A model generated the notes under the pieces. It did not search any database. It saw only the letters and a list, made by a program, of their open reading frames with translations, and was not told where the DNA came from. From the human T2T-CHM13v2.0 reference genome, Homo sapiens, in NCBI RefSeq assembly GCF_009914755.1, contig NC_060931.1: a stretch of DNA of 64,000 nucleotides, one strand, 5' to 3'. Both the position numbers and the translations under genes were made by a program. Shown here in pieces: positions 25,249 to 40,510 of the stretch (the stretch's first letter is position 1; the number at the start of each line of letters is the position of its first letter).

Positions 25249-25927
25249 ATGATTAAAACTCTCAGCAAAATCGACATACAAGGTACCTACCTCAATATAA
25301 TAAAAGTCATTTATGACAAACCCACAGCCAACATAACACTGAATGGGGAAAAGCTGAAACCATGCCATCTAAGAAATGGAAAGAGACAAGAATGCACACT
25401 CTTACCACTCCTCTTCAACATAGTACTGGAAGTCCTAGCCAGAGCAATCAGACAAGAGAAAGAAATAAAGGGCATCCAAATAGGTAAAGAGGAAGTCATA
25501 CTGTCACTGTTTGCTGATGATAGGACCATTTACCTTGAAAACCCTAAAGACTCCAGAAAGCTCCTAGAACTGATAAAAGAATTCAGCAAAGTTTCCAGAT
25601 ACAAGACTAAGATACACAAGTCAGTAGTAGCTTGTGTACCAACAGCGACCATGCAGAGAATCAAACCAAGAACTCAACCACTTTTTCAATAGCTGCAAAA
25701 AAACAATAAAATACTTAGGAATATACCTAACCAAGGAGTCAAAAGACCTCTACAAGGAAAACTACAAATCACTGCTCAAAGAAATCACAGACAACACCAA
25801 CAAATGGAAACACATCCCATGCTCATGGATGGGTAGAATCAATATTGTGAAAATGACCATACTACCAAAAGCAATCTACAAATTCAATGCAATCCCCATC
25901 AAAATACCACCATCATTCTTCACATAA
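25249..25927 (+). pseudogene. Frameshifted L1 ORF2 reverse-transcriptase fragments
   Basis: ORFs 25249-25692 ([40 protein letters not shown]) and 25634-25927 ([27 protein letters not shown]). Confidence 0.93.
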
Positions 25928-26016
25928 TTAGAAAAAACACAATTCTAAAATTCACATGGAATCAAAAAAGAGCCCGTATAGCCAAAGCAAGACTAAGCAA
26001 AAAGAACAAATCTTGA

Positions 26017-26115
<99 letters not shown>

Positions 26116-26448
26116 TAGAGAACCCAGAAATAAACCCAAATACTTACAGTCAACTGATCTTCAACATAGCAAACTAAAACATAAAGTGGGGAAAGGACAT
26201 CCTTTTCAACAAATGGTGCTGGGATAATTGGCTAGCCACATGGAGGAGAATGAAACTGGATCCTCATCTCTCTTCTTATACAAAAATCTACTCAAGATGG
26301 ATTAATGACTTAAACCTAAGACCTGAAACTATAAAAATTCTAAAAGAGAACACTGGAAAACCCTTCTAGACTAAGGCAAGAATTTCATGACCCAGAACCC
26401 AAAAAGCAAATTCAATAAAAATAAAGATAAATAGTTGGGACTTAATTA

Positions 26449-26748
<300 letters not shown>

Positions 26749-26995
26749 CTACTGGTAAGAATGCAAACTAGTACAGCCGCTATGGAAAACAGTGTAGAGA
26801 TTCCTTAAAGAACTGAAAGTAGGACTACCATCTGATCCAGCAATCCCACTACTGGGTATCTACCAGGAGGAAAAGAATTCGTTATAGAAAAAAGGTACTT
26901 GCACAGGCATGCTTATAGCAGCACAATTCGCAATTGCAAAATTGGGGAACCAACCCAAATGCTCGTCAATCAACGAGTAGATAAAGAAACTGTGG

Positions 26996-27389
26996 TATAT
27001 ATATATCACATATATATATATACACACATATATATACACACACATATATATGTGATATATATATCACAGATATATATATCACATATATAGTAGTATTCCA
27101 TCATATATATAGTAGTATTCCATCATATATATAGTAGTATTCCATCTGATATATATGTGATACATATATATGTGATATGTGATATATATATCACATATCA
27201 CATACATATGTATCACATATATATGTATCACATATATATCACACATATATTACATATATATCACATATATATCATATATATCACATATATAATATGTATA
27301 TCACATGTATATCACATATATATCACATATATCACATGTATATCACATATATATCGCATGTATATCACATATATATCACATATATATAA
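26996..27389. repeat. AT-rich (TA)n/(TATATCACA)n expansion within L1PB
   Basis: About 390 bp of mixed atatcacat and atgtgatat units plus three 22-bp units. Confidence 0.95.
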
Positions 27390-28019
27390 ATGACAGACTA
27401 CTACTCAGCCATAAAAACGAATGAATTAACAGCATTGGCAGCAACCTGGATGAGACTGGAGACTACTATTCTAAGTGAAGTAACACAGGAATGGAAAACC
27501 AAACTTTGTATGCTGTTAGTGATATGTGGGAGCTAAGCTATGAGGATGCAAAGGCGTTAAGAATGAGACAATGGACTTTGGGGACTTGGGGGGAAGAGTG
27601 AGAGCGGGTGAGGGATAAAAGACTGCAAGTATGGTGCAGTGTACAATGCTCAGGTGATGGGTGCACCAGAATCTCGCAAATCACCACTAAAGAATTTACT
27701 CATATAACCAAATATCACCTGTACCGCAATAACTTATGAAAAAATAAAAAATATAAAAAAGTAAAATAAAGAAGATAAAAACAATGTATCTCTTTCCTTA
27801 GAGTTTTTATTCAATATTTAACTTAACACAAGGGTTATTATGTTGTTACTAAAGTAATCTTAAATTAGCTAGTAATAGGGAAAATATATTAAGAAAAATA
27901 GGACACAATGTAGAAGAAAAAAATAAAGAAAAACAAAAGCCCCTCACCAACACCTTACAAGAAAGGTGTTGTAAGGAGGCTCTTACAAGAGCTTCCAAAA
28001 TATGACAATTAGATAAAAC

Positions 28020-29405
28020 TCAACTTACTCCCATAGATTCACATAGATGCAGATGATTCCTAACATATCACTCTAGATTCTACATCTCTCCTGAGCTATG
28101 AAATTCTCATTTTCCCAAATGCCTACTCAATACCTCTTCTTGATTTTTCAAAGTTTCACTCCAACTTTGCATATGTTGACCAGAACTTACTAATTCAACT
28201 TCAGATCAGCTCTTTGCCTTGTCTGCCTTCTCCTGCAGAAGGTACCTTAATTTTCCCAGACACCCTGGTCAACATCTTTCACTTCCTCTCATTGTTTTTC
28301 CAGCTCTCCTCACATCTTTTTTGTTGCATTTCTTATTACCCTACATCACATATTAAACGGTTTGTTTTATCACTTGAAATGATTTCTTAAATGTTTTTAC
28401 TAACCAATCTTAATCATTTGTGGCATTTACATACACTCTGGTGCAGTATTAATTTTTCTAAAATGAGTTTCTTTAAATCCTCCTTTATAGTTAGCTTTGT
28501 GGTCTTAAAAAGGTCACTTAAAGCTCTGAGAAATAAATGTATGGAAGTAAAATGGTATCTAAAATCTCCTTGTTCTTTAAAACTCAACGATTCTGTATCT
28601 GTCAGAGATACAGAAACTTTTTTTTAAAGCTTCACTCCTATGTATATTAAATATACAATTAGACTTAATAACACTTAGCTAACATCTGTAGCCATATCCT
28701 CCATGACACCCCTAAATGGTACTGGCCTATTAAACTACTTACTATTCTACTAATATATTCCAATCATTGTATCCTTATGTCTCTGTTTTTACTGTCTCAT
28801 TTATCTGGAATATCCTTTCTCAATCATCTTTCCATCTTTAAGAATGCATATCAAGTCCGGGTGCGGTGGCTCACGCCTGTAATCCTAGCACTTTGGGAGG
28901 CCAAGGCAGGTGGATCACTTGAGGTCAGGAGTTCAAAAGCAGCCTGGCCAACATGGCGAAACCCCGTCTCTACTAAAAATGCAAGAAAAAAAAATTAGCC
29001 GGGTGTGGTAGTGGGCACCTGTAATATCAGCTATTCGGGAGGCTGAGACAGGAGAATCACTTGAACCCGGGAGGGGGGGTTACAGTGAGCAGAGATCGCG
29101 CCATTGCACTCCAGTCTAGACAAAAGGGCGAGACTCCATCTCAGAAAAAAATAAAATAAAAAAGAATGCATATCAAATACCAACATTCTAATGAAAGAAT
29201 TCTTGGTTTCTTTCTTCAATGACCAGAATATTTTGTTTATATTTATTTTGTGGCATTTGATCTTTCAGAAGATAATTCCTTACATTATAGTTAACAACAG
29301 TAAATATATTAAGAGGATGTACCATAGTTTTCTTCTTTTGTCTATCACTTGTAGTGCCTAATTCAATGTTTTGCATAAAGTATTAAATAAGCATCGTTTA
29401 AATAA
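28020..29405 (+). mobile_element. Fragmented L2, interrupted by an Alu
   Basis: tagatgcagatgattcc, ctctcctgagct, caaatgcctactcaatacctcttc; L2-like 3' end near 29350-29405. Confidence 0.55.
28855..29161 (+). mobile_element. AluS (Sx/Sz-like)
   Basis: Full dimer; 15-bp TSD aagaatgcatatcaa. Confidence 0.95.
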
Positions 29406-30599
29406 CCTTTATGTAAATATTGGAATGATATGACTTGTCTTATTAGAGCAGGATAAAGATCCAACAGTGTTTTCAGATATGTGTTTTCAATTAATTTGCA
29501 TAAAACTCTATTATATAAATCACAGATTTAATTTGCATATAAGGAAACTGATTCTCAGGGAAGTTAAGTAATTTGTCAAGATTATATCCCTAGATGTTAC
29601 CACTTAGGCCTGAGACTAAAAGACAAACTATCTTCTGAGGGGTCCAGTGTCTTCTATAATATTATGGTAAAAATTCAAATTAAAAAAATATTTACACAAT
29701 AAAAACCATACTTTAAGAGTTTCCTAGTTTAATGAAAGAGCTAGAATCAAATCTTTCAACACGGTAATTTTTACTTTTAATTATCACATTTTTATTTTCT
29801 TAAGAAGTAGCTCAGCAGCATAAGACAGGGCAAAAAATAAATAAATAAAAAATAAAAAAAAGAAGTAATGTGTCACTTGGTTAAGGCATGATTTCTCAAT
29901 GAAATCTGTAATGACGGCTATGCATAATTATAATCTGCACTCCAGAAAGGTGCCACAATAGCTGGAGAAGGTGTTTGTTTTGACTGAAAGCTGTCTATGC
30001 ATTCCAAAGAAGCAAATAGTAACTTGGTGTTGAGAGAGCTCATTCCCAGAGCTTCTTACAACTTAATAGTAATTTTAAAAAAATCATTCAACATAAGGGC
30101 ATTTAAAATATATAGAACATTTCATTTGCATTTACAGGCACTGCCATTTTGCCATAAGATTTTTCTGATGAAAAAATTAAGAATATAAGCTTCCCATAAA
30201 AGGTAAGTTGTTGAGCCTATATAGCTTAAAAACGGACATATTTTCTGACTACATGTGCGTACAGAAAATACAGAGAGCAATACGAGGCTGAAATTGTGGA
30301 AACAATGGAGCCTGTGAGTCAAGAAAGTTGAGCAAGTTTTAGGTAGAGAAAAGTGAGAGAGAATTCTAGGGAAGAGTTTCGATTGCACTGCCTATTGGGA
30401 TAATCCCTATTTGGACAGCATTTGTTTAAATATACAAAATACACAACAAAATTACCAATTGAACATGCAATTATGGGTGTTCATAATAATATTTTCTGAT
30501 TAATGGTTGTAGAAAAAGACTTTATAATAATCAAAACATACCTTTTTAAAACAAACAGAAAATATCTATGTTGAAGTATACATAAAATAGATTTCTTTC

Positions 30600-30749
30600 T
30601 TTTCTTCTATTTTTTCTTTTTAACTTTTTTTTAGAGACAGGATCTTGCTATACTGCCCAGACTGGTCTAGAACTCCTGACCTAAAGCTATCCTCCTACCA
30701 CAGCTTCCTAAAGTAGTGGGATTACAGGCATGAGCCACCACTCTCGGCC
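30600..30749 (-). mobile_element. Free left Alu monomer (FLAM-like)
   Basis: Single monomer tagagacaggatcttgcta...gagccaccactctcggcc with T-rich tail. Confidence 0.85.
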
Positions 30750-31067
30750 TAACAAATTTCTTTATATTGGGCCCCACATACTGAGCAAAGTGCCAATATT
30801 TCAAAATATTACAGTTTGGAAATCCCTAATAAGTAGTGATGTTGTAAAGTTAACTCTGTCCTCTTTTTTCTTCAATGCTGAGTCCTTTGACCTCTTCGTG
30901 TTTCCCTGTCTTGTCCTAGATGCTCAGTGAAATTTTGGAAACTGCTAGTACAGGCAGGGTGCATGCCATAGTACTAAAGTCAGGGAGGAACAGCAGGGCA
31001 CACAGTGGTATCATATAATGCTGGGTGAAAGTTTATCATTTCTTTCTATATCGATATGTATAAATCA

Positions 31068-31089
31068 TACACACACACACACACACACA
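31068..31089. repeat. (CA)n microsatellite
   Basis: Seen directly. Confidence 0.9.
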
Positions 31090-31189
31090 TTAACCTCTCT
31101 GTGTGGAAAAAGTCATGAGAAGGAAACACTCAAAATCTTTACAGACAAAATATGTAATGCAAATGAGTCAAGCAAGCCAGGAGAGACTA

Positions 31190-31951
<762 letters not shown>

Positions 31952-33879
31952 TAATATATTATTTAATCATGTTTGTAACCAGAGGATGACCATATACTTT
32001 CCTTTCTCTATAAGCAAAAATATTCATGAAATTCATACCAAAATTTGTTGTTTGGGGTAGGGGGAGGAGGGGGATTATAGTCTGGAGAAATTCCACAAGT
32101 AGCAGATTGCAGGAAACCACAGCTGATTACTGTGTGGTTATACAGCCCATTACTGAGGATATACCAGGTGTCATGAAAGGAACTGGGGCAAACAACCAAA
32201 AACATTTTAGAAAACAATTTATCTGTAAATTAGGACTTGCCCACATTAAATGCATAACGAGGTTTTCTTTTCAAAGGAAATGCTGCATTATAATACCAAA
32301 ATGCATACTTAAAATTAGACATCTCAGCAAAGATTATTTACTAGTCCTAAAAACCTAAATTAGGTATATATTTAAGAGCATAATATGCCTTACATATTGT
32401 AATGGAATAAATTATGGGTAACTACAATTTTAACTACAATGAGGATTGTGGCGATTTATTTAAAATCCTGGTGTTCCAAATCAGCACAATTTTTAGTCGC
32501 TGGAATGAATGAACTAGAATACCTCCCTACTCCTCTTCCACACACACAGATTTGGCAGTGCTTGTAAGTGATCACTTATGAATTTAATGTTCATAATTAG
32601 CTGTAATTAGCTAGCAAGATGTTAATGAAAACGTGTTTGTTAGCAGCAAGGAAAATCAGCATCTCATTACAAGACAAGCAGGGATTTCTTGGTGTGTAAA
32701 TCTATTTGCTCGTAGATTGGTTCTTAAATGTTAAAGATACAAATTTGCTGTGTGCCCTTTAATATTTATAGCCCATAACAACTCTCACAGAAGAAGTAAA
32801 AATGTGTAGTAGGTGATGTTTGTCTACCCAACCCCATTTCCGTTTCTTACATTCTTCTTTGCTTTTCCAGAACTCACAACAGAGCCATTCAGGGTTAATG
32901 GGAAAGGAATTCATATTTATTGATATTCTCCATGCCAGGCACTGTGGCAGGAGTAAAGTGAATCAGAAGAGCCATAAGCACCTAAAATAGCTTTTTGATT
33001 AACATGTTTTCCTCCTGTCAGTGTTTAGAATTATAAAATTGTATTGCTAGATTTTCTTTCTCCTGTTCCTGAGAGCACTATTTGTTTAACAGCATTTTTC
33101 TAGTTTCTGGGGTTCAGACCTCAGTATCACCCTCAACCCTTACTCCCTCATTCCTCAAACCAAAAAGGGCTGGGTGTCTTATGGAAATCTCTTACTCATT
33201 CTGGAATCTTCCTGACTTTAACTCCAACTTCAGGTACTTCTACTTCCTGGCTACTTTTCCAGACATTACTTTCTCTGCTCACCAATTCTTCCTTTGCCTT
33301 ATTACCAAAGTTTATCTTCTTATGGAACAGATGATCAAAAACTTCATGCTCAAAAATGTTCAGTCTCTTTTTCTGTCTCTTTCTCAGGGTAAAAGTCTTG
33401 CCTATAATTGGTAGGGTCCACTGTCCTCCATGCTCTGTCTGAACTTCTCTCATCTTATGTTTCCACTGCACGGCTTCTTACTGTGTGCTACATGAGCACT
33501 CCTAGTCATTATGCAAACAGATTACCCAGGGCCTTCTTTCCCCTATCTGCAATTACCTTGCCCCACCTGAGTGGGAAGACAATACCCTTCTCATGTGTCC
33601 AAAGTCCATCTGAAAAGTTCCTTTCTCTTCCATGCCTTGTCTGATGCCACCAATGAATCATATTAACCATACTGACTTTTTAAAAAAGTCATCATTTATA
33701 TTCAGCACATCCATTTGTTAAACAGATTTTCTCCCTTTTATCTAAAGCAAGATTTTGCTTCTCTTTTTAAACAGATAAATCAAACCTTGGGCATGCTAAA
33801 TGACTTAATTGGGGTCTCACTGCCATTTAGCTGCAAAGCGAATCCTCCTTGAAACTAGCCTCCTATGCTACCATAACGA

Positions 33880-34110
33880 CAAACACTAACACAGACAGGG
33901 CGTACCACGTATCAGAGATGTTCTAAGTATTTTTACATGTGTTACTCAATTCTCACATCAAATCTGGAGGAACACCTATTTTACAAATGCTTAAACTGAC
34001 GCATAGAGACATTCAGTTGGTTGCCCAAGGTCATGCAGCTTATATAACATTGAACCAAAATGAAGCATGGGGGTTTAGCACCAGAGCCCACATTCTTAAC
34101 GTTTTGCTCT
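33880..34110 (-). mobile_element. MIR
   Basis: cctattttacaaatgcttaaactgacgcatagaga...ttgcccaaggtcatgcagct. Confidence 0.75.
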
Positions 34111-34799
34111 GAGATTTGTATTTTAAATGAGCACAGCAGAAAGAGACACTTTAAAGAAAGTCTCTCTAGAGGTAGAGTTTAGACACTTGTGCCTTCTGGC
34201 TAGGAGGGAGAAAGAACTCCCCTGAGCCCTTCAAATCGCTCCAGAGATGCCACACCTCCCTGCTTTATATGAAAGGACTGCCTTAAAGGAATGTGTATTT
34301 TTGCCTGACTGAGTTTAGACCTTAATACTGGCCCTCTGAACAAGATTTGGCCACCTTTAATTTACGTTCCTCTATAAAAGTCAACAGAGTTTCTGGCTGT
34401 AAATTTGTCATGCCTTACTAATGAGCTAAATTGTGTTTTCTGTCAGTGTTCCATTTAAATTGATGTGACCTCATTCATTAGCACATATGTATTTATAGTT
34501 GTAAGAAATGCACGAAGGTTTCAAAACCTTCTGCCCAATAAAAAAGTCAAGAGGGGAGCGAGTAGGAGAGTTGGTAAAGATATGCAGGAAAAGAAAGAAA
34601 AACTAACTTTATTTCCTCTAACCTTCAGTACAAAATAATCTTTCTAATACACAATTTTAATCCTGTTACTTCCTTGCCTAGAGACCTTTAATTTTTCTGC
34701 CTTGACTGCATGATCTGTTTCATATTCATGGCTTTGTATGTAAAGCTTCCTATAAAGCTAGCTCAACCCTATCCTTCTAAATATAACTCCCATTCAAAC

Positions 34800-35056
34800 A
34801 TTATGCTAATTTATTGATTTGCTTATTCTAAAATGTATACTGAGTACCTACTGTGCTTCAGACACTGCTCGAGGTGCTGAAGGGTATTAACCCATTTATG
34901 CCAGACAAATTTTTGAATTTTTCCTATCAGACCTTGGCGATCACCTTGAGCAGTAGGATATAAATAACTCCCACCTGCTTATCGTTCCAATAATGGAACA
35001 CTGGGCATAAATGCTTAAGGTGGAAGTCTCTGCCCTCATGGTGCTTATATTTTAGT
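34800..35056 (-). mobile_element. L2 3'-end fragment hosting MER85
   Basis: tactgagtacctactgtgcttcagacactgct...agtctctgccctcatggtgcttatattttagt. Confidence 0.7.
34891..35014 (-). mobile_element. MER85 piggyBac MITE (PGBD3-related)
   Basis: TTAA at 34887-34890 and 35015-35018; TIR cccatttatgcc; body gaccttggcgatcaccttgagcagtaggatataaataactccc; palindrome GTTCCAATAATGGAAC at 34984-34999. Confidence 0.95.
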
Positions 35057-35394
35057 AAACAATAGGTGAGATCATTTTAGTGTTTGATATGTATTTATAA
35101 AGCAACAGTTCTCAAAAATTTCGGTCTCAAGACCTATTTGCATTATTAAAAATTGAGTACCTCAAAGAACTATTTTTTGGTCTATGTTTATTATTTATCA
35201 TAGTAGAAATTAAAATTGAGGGAAACCTTAAATATGTATTAATTTATTAAAAATAACCATAAAATGCATTACATAGTAATATAAATATAAAAATTTCCTT
35301 TTTCACTATAAAATAACCTAATACACCATTTTAATCCTGTTACTTCCCTGTCTAGAGACCTTTAATTTTTCTGCATGATAATTTGACTGCATGA

Positions 35395-35799
<405 letters not shown>

Positions 35800-35870
35800 T
35801 GAGTAGAAGTTATATTTAGAAGGATTACATCTCTTTAATGTCTGTTTTAATAGAAGATTGCTGAATTCTC

Positions 35871-36223
<353 letters not shown>

Positions 36224-36640
36224 TCACATAGCTTTTGGAAAACTCCACTATACATTCATGAGAATGAGAGTGAAAAAAAAAAAAAAAAAAAAGAAAGCCA
36301 CATCTTACTTTTGTTGTGAAACTAGTTTTGACCTTGTGGACCCCCTGAAAGATCCTGGGGGCTTCAGGGATCCCCAGACCACGCTTTGAGAACTACTGGA
36401 AGAAGGGAACAAAGGGCAGGTGAAGGGTCAAAACTAAGTAAAAGCTAAGCTGAGTTCAGAAGAGTTGGAAGGACCAAAAACAACTCTAGGCATAAAAAGC
36501 AAAAAGCGTACAGGGCCCAAAGTAGGCACCAGCTGGAAAAATGGAGAACTTGAAGAGAGCCACTGTGGTGAGACTGTGGTGAGCAGGGAAAAGTGTGGTA
36601 TAAACTGGTTGCAGAGCAGGCACAGCCAGACTGTGCAGGG

Positions 36641-36980
36641 CAAACGTCATAAACTAGTGGCCTGTGGTTCTAATCTGGACATCTGTCTTGCAGATGTTTC
36701 GAGTTTGTTTGCACAGTGCTTTATTACTATCTTTATGACAATGATGATGATGATGACAATGATGATGACGATGAGATACTTGAGTCAATTTTTAAGTGGA
36801 GACTTTGCCTAAAAATCTGGATTTCTGGATTCTCTTAAACGAATCAAATCATCAGGCAATACTAGGCCCATTTCTATGTGGGGCAAGGAGAACTGAGTAA
36901 CATCTAGTGCATTAGAGGAAGCCGTAGTCTCCACCATCCCTATTGCATTTTCAGAGTTGAAGCTCTCTTCATTGCCATTC
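36641..36980 (+). mobile_element. MER102-like hAT-Charlie, containing an (ATG)n tract at about 36737-36773
   Basis: aaactagtggcctgtgg...cagatgttt...aaaaatctggatttctggattctctt...aatactaggccca. Confidence 0.65.
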
Positions 36981-37727
36981 CTCTTGGCCTAAGTCACTTA
37001 TTAAAGTCACTATCCTCACTGCACAAACTTGTCGTATGCATCAGACCTCTAGGAGGGCCTTTTGTAGTGTTTCGTTTTTGATTTTAAGTGAAATGAGAAA
37101 ATCTTTGAATTGTGGTATGCAAGGGAGTGATACTCTCATTTCCATTTTTAGAAGACTTCCAGTTGTTGCATGGAAAACAGTTTGTGCACAGGGGCAAGGG
37201 TAGAAGCTCTAGTTAGGATGTTCACTGTGCTCTGGCCTCTCCTAGCCTTATTTGCACCATTAGGAGTTATGTTGTTGTTCCTGTTTTTCCCATGCTGAAA
37301 GCTCTTCCTCCCTCTTGCAACTCAACTTACCTTCTCTTCTTTCAAGATCACCTCAAAGCCCTTTTTTGGAGTGGAGACAAAGGTGTAAGGTGTCCCAAAA
37401 CCCCAAGTGTTCCTGGCCTGAGGCATTTACTGTACTCCTTGTTTATACTAACAACTTATAATCAATGGTTTTGGAGCTTTTCACAGTAAGTTATCTCATC
37501 CATTAGACTGTAAATTCCTTGAGGGCCTGAACTCAACTGCTCTTATCTCCTAGAATTGACTGCTCCTAACAACCCCAACAAGATAAATCATAACAATTAG
37601 CAGTGGTGTTTACAGCATTCCAATTCCTTAGGTGCTTTTCTCACATGGTCTAGGCTTTCAAAGTCCTTTGCATACTGGTTGTTAGGCAGGGTTTTGAGAA
37701 ATTATCAGAATTATATCCATGTGATAA

Positions 37728-38179
<452 letters not shown>

Positions 38180-38181
38180 TA

Positions 38182-38529
<348 letters not shown>

Positions 38530-38815
38530 CTAAGTGTTCAAGTCTTTTTAACTGGATGGTTGCGTGACAAATACCAGCAACATGATTCTTAGATGCTTGT
38601 CCCTGCATACAAAAGAAATAATGACTATGTCTGCATTATTCAAAATCAGAAAAACTGTGACATTTCCAAAGTTCTCCCTACTAAAGGGCATATAGAAGCT
38701 TACTTCCATTTGCTATATTAATTTTTTAGTATCAAAACTAGTTTCAGTGCACTCAGTATATATATTACTTAAAGACACGTTTCTGGGAGAAATTTATGAT
38801 TAACCAATTAATGTG

Positions 38816-39527
38816 GAGTAGTCCCTCCTTGTTGGTAGTTTGGCTTTCCAAGGTTTCAGTCGCCCTTAGTCAAGCACAATCGGAAAAAATTAAATGAAAA
38901 ATTCCAAAAATAAACAATTTACAAGTTTTAAATTATGTGCTGCTCTGAGTAAGGTCATAAAATCCCCCTCCATCCAACTCCATCACACTAGGGAAACATG
39001 CTTTTGTCGAGCATATCCACTACCCGCCTATTACTCACTTAGCAGCCTTCTGGGTGATCAGACTGACTGCAGAAGTATCTCAGTGTTTGTGATCTAGTAA
39101 TCCGTACTTTACTTAATAATGGCCCCAAAGTGCAAGAGTAGTGATGCAGGCAATGTGGATATGACAAAAAGAAGCTGTAAGTGCTTCTTACACGTGAAAA
39201 GGTGAAACTTCACAATAAGAAAAGAAAAAAAAATTATATGCTGAGATTGCTAAGACCTACAGTAAGAACACATCTTCTATCGGTGAAACTGGGAAGGAAG
39301 TTAAAAAAAAAAATGTGCTAGTTTTGCTGTCACACCTCAAACTGCAAAACTTATGGCCACCGTGCATGATAACTACTTAGCACGGAGAAGGTATTAAATT
39401 TGTGGGTGGAAGATGTGAACAGAAAAATATTCCTACTGATGGAAATCGAGTTTGCCACCATGCACGGTCTCAGGCATCTGCTGGGGGTCTTTGGAACACA
39501 TCCCCTGCAGATAAAAAGGGACTACTG
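38816..39527 (+). mobile_element. MER44 (Tigger7 derivative, TcMar-Tigger)
   Basis: TIRs agtagtccctcctt / ataaaaagggactactg followed by TA; remnant transposase start atggccccaaagtgcaagagtagtgatgc. Confidence 0.9.
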
Positions 39528-39749
39528 TATTAATAATTCCTCTAATCTATTTTTAGTAACTTTAGAATTTTAGATATTCTTATATTATCTGGTTTAGCAT
39601 CAAGCTCCATAATAAGTGTATTTAAGTATATACTTATTTAAGTATATTAAGTATTTGCATACTTAAGCATTTAACTTAAGTATTTCAGTATGGTGCCACT
39701 CTTCTATACAGGCAGGTTGAGTGTTTTAAAGAGGTATATAAGATGGCAC

Positions 39750-39990
39750 AGGGAAAAGCACAATGATTAAGAACAGAGACTCTGGCACCAGATGGCTTGG
39801 TTTGAGCCCTGGATGCTCTACCATTTGTTTTGTGTCACAGCTAACTTCTCTGTGCCTCATTCGCCCCATCTATCAATTGGAACTAATAACAGTATCTAAT
39901 TTACTGAGTTGTTTTAGAGATTAAACAAGTTGTAGTAAAACATTTGCAAAGTGTGTTCCCAAATAATGAGAATGTTACCAAATTATTTAA
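39750..39990 (+). mobile_element. MIR
   Basis: ttaagaacagagactctggcaccaga...aacttctctgtgcctca...taataacagtatcta. Confidence 0.75.
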
Positions 39991-40129
39991 GAAACAATTA
40001 AAATATAAATTATACTGCTTTCTCATCATTAAAATATTTTTCAAAATTACTTAAATCATTAAATAGTTGCCTCTGCATTATAAAATAAAGCCCTTTGATA
40101 ATATTTAAATTAGGCCACAATGAAAGTCC

Positions 40130-40510
40130 CATGAATTCTTCAATTTGTCAATCTGATTTGTCACATGCAAAATACGTATTCTTAAGCAGCGTGAAAACAC
40201 TTGTCAGTAAATTGAAAATGCTGCTGGTCTCCCAAACCTCTCCTTTCTCTGCTCTTTCCATCACTGCATTGCTCCCAGCAGTTCTCGGGGAATTGCTTTC
40301 AGGGTCACGCCAAACTGGACCCAAGAGATTCCAATAATTACATCCCAGTGGTGTTGACATTCAGCTTTGTCCCACAAGCTGCTGAAGACAGGCAGGGCGC
40401 CATCTGTCATGTTAGATGGTCACTAGTTAACGATAAGTGGTGGAGATTACTTTTCTGACATTCTACAGTTTGCTTCTGAGTCAGCCTTGTAAAGTCTGGA
40501 GCAATTAAGA
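40130..40510. promoter_or_regulatory. Candidate enhancer (repeat-free, motif-dense)
   Basis: Six TGACA/TGTCA cores, E-box CATCTG, GATAAG, AP-1/ARE-like TGAGTCAGC; motif evidence only. Confidence 0.35.

Noticed and set aside
25249-25927. Functional reverse-transcriptase gene
   Set aside because: Frameshifted pieces of a 5'-truncated, internally deleted L1PB.
27083-27146. 22-bp periodic repeat as a CRISPR-like array
   Set aside because: No unique spacers; the unit is inverted L1 sequence plus (TA)n.
26860-27393. His/Ile/Tyr-rich ORFs
   Set aside because: Translation of the AT-rich microsatellite.
39119-39450. Tigger transposase coding remnant
   Set aside because: Short, frameshifted internal part of MER44.
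40148-40360. Minus-strand ORF as a coding exon
   Set aside because: No suitable splice sites and no recognisable peptide; better read as regulatory.
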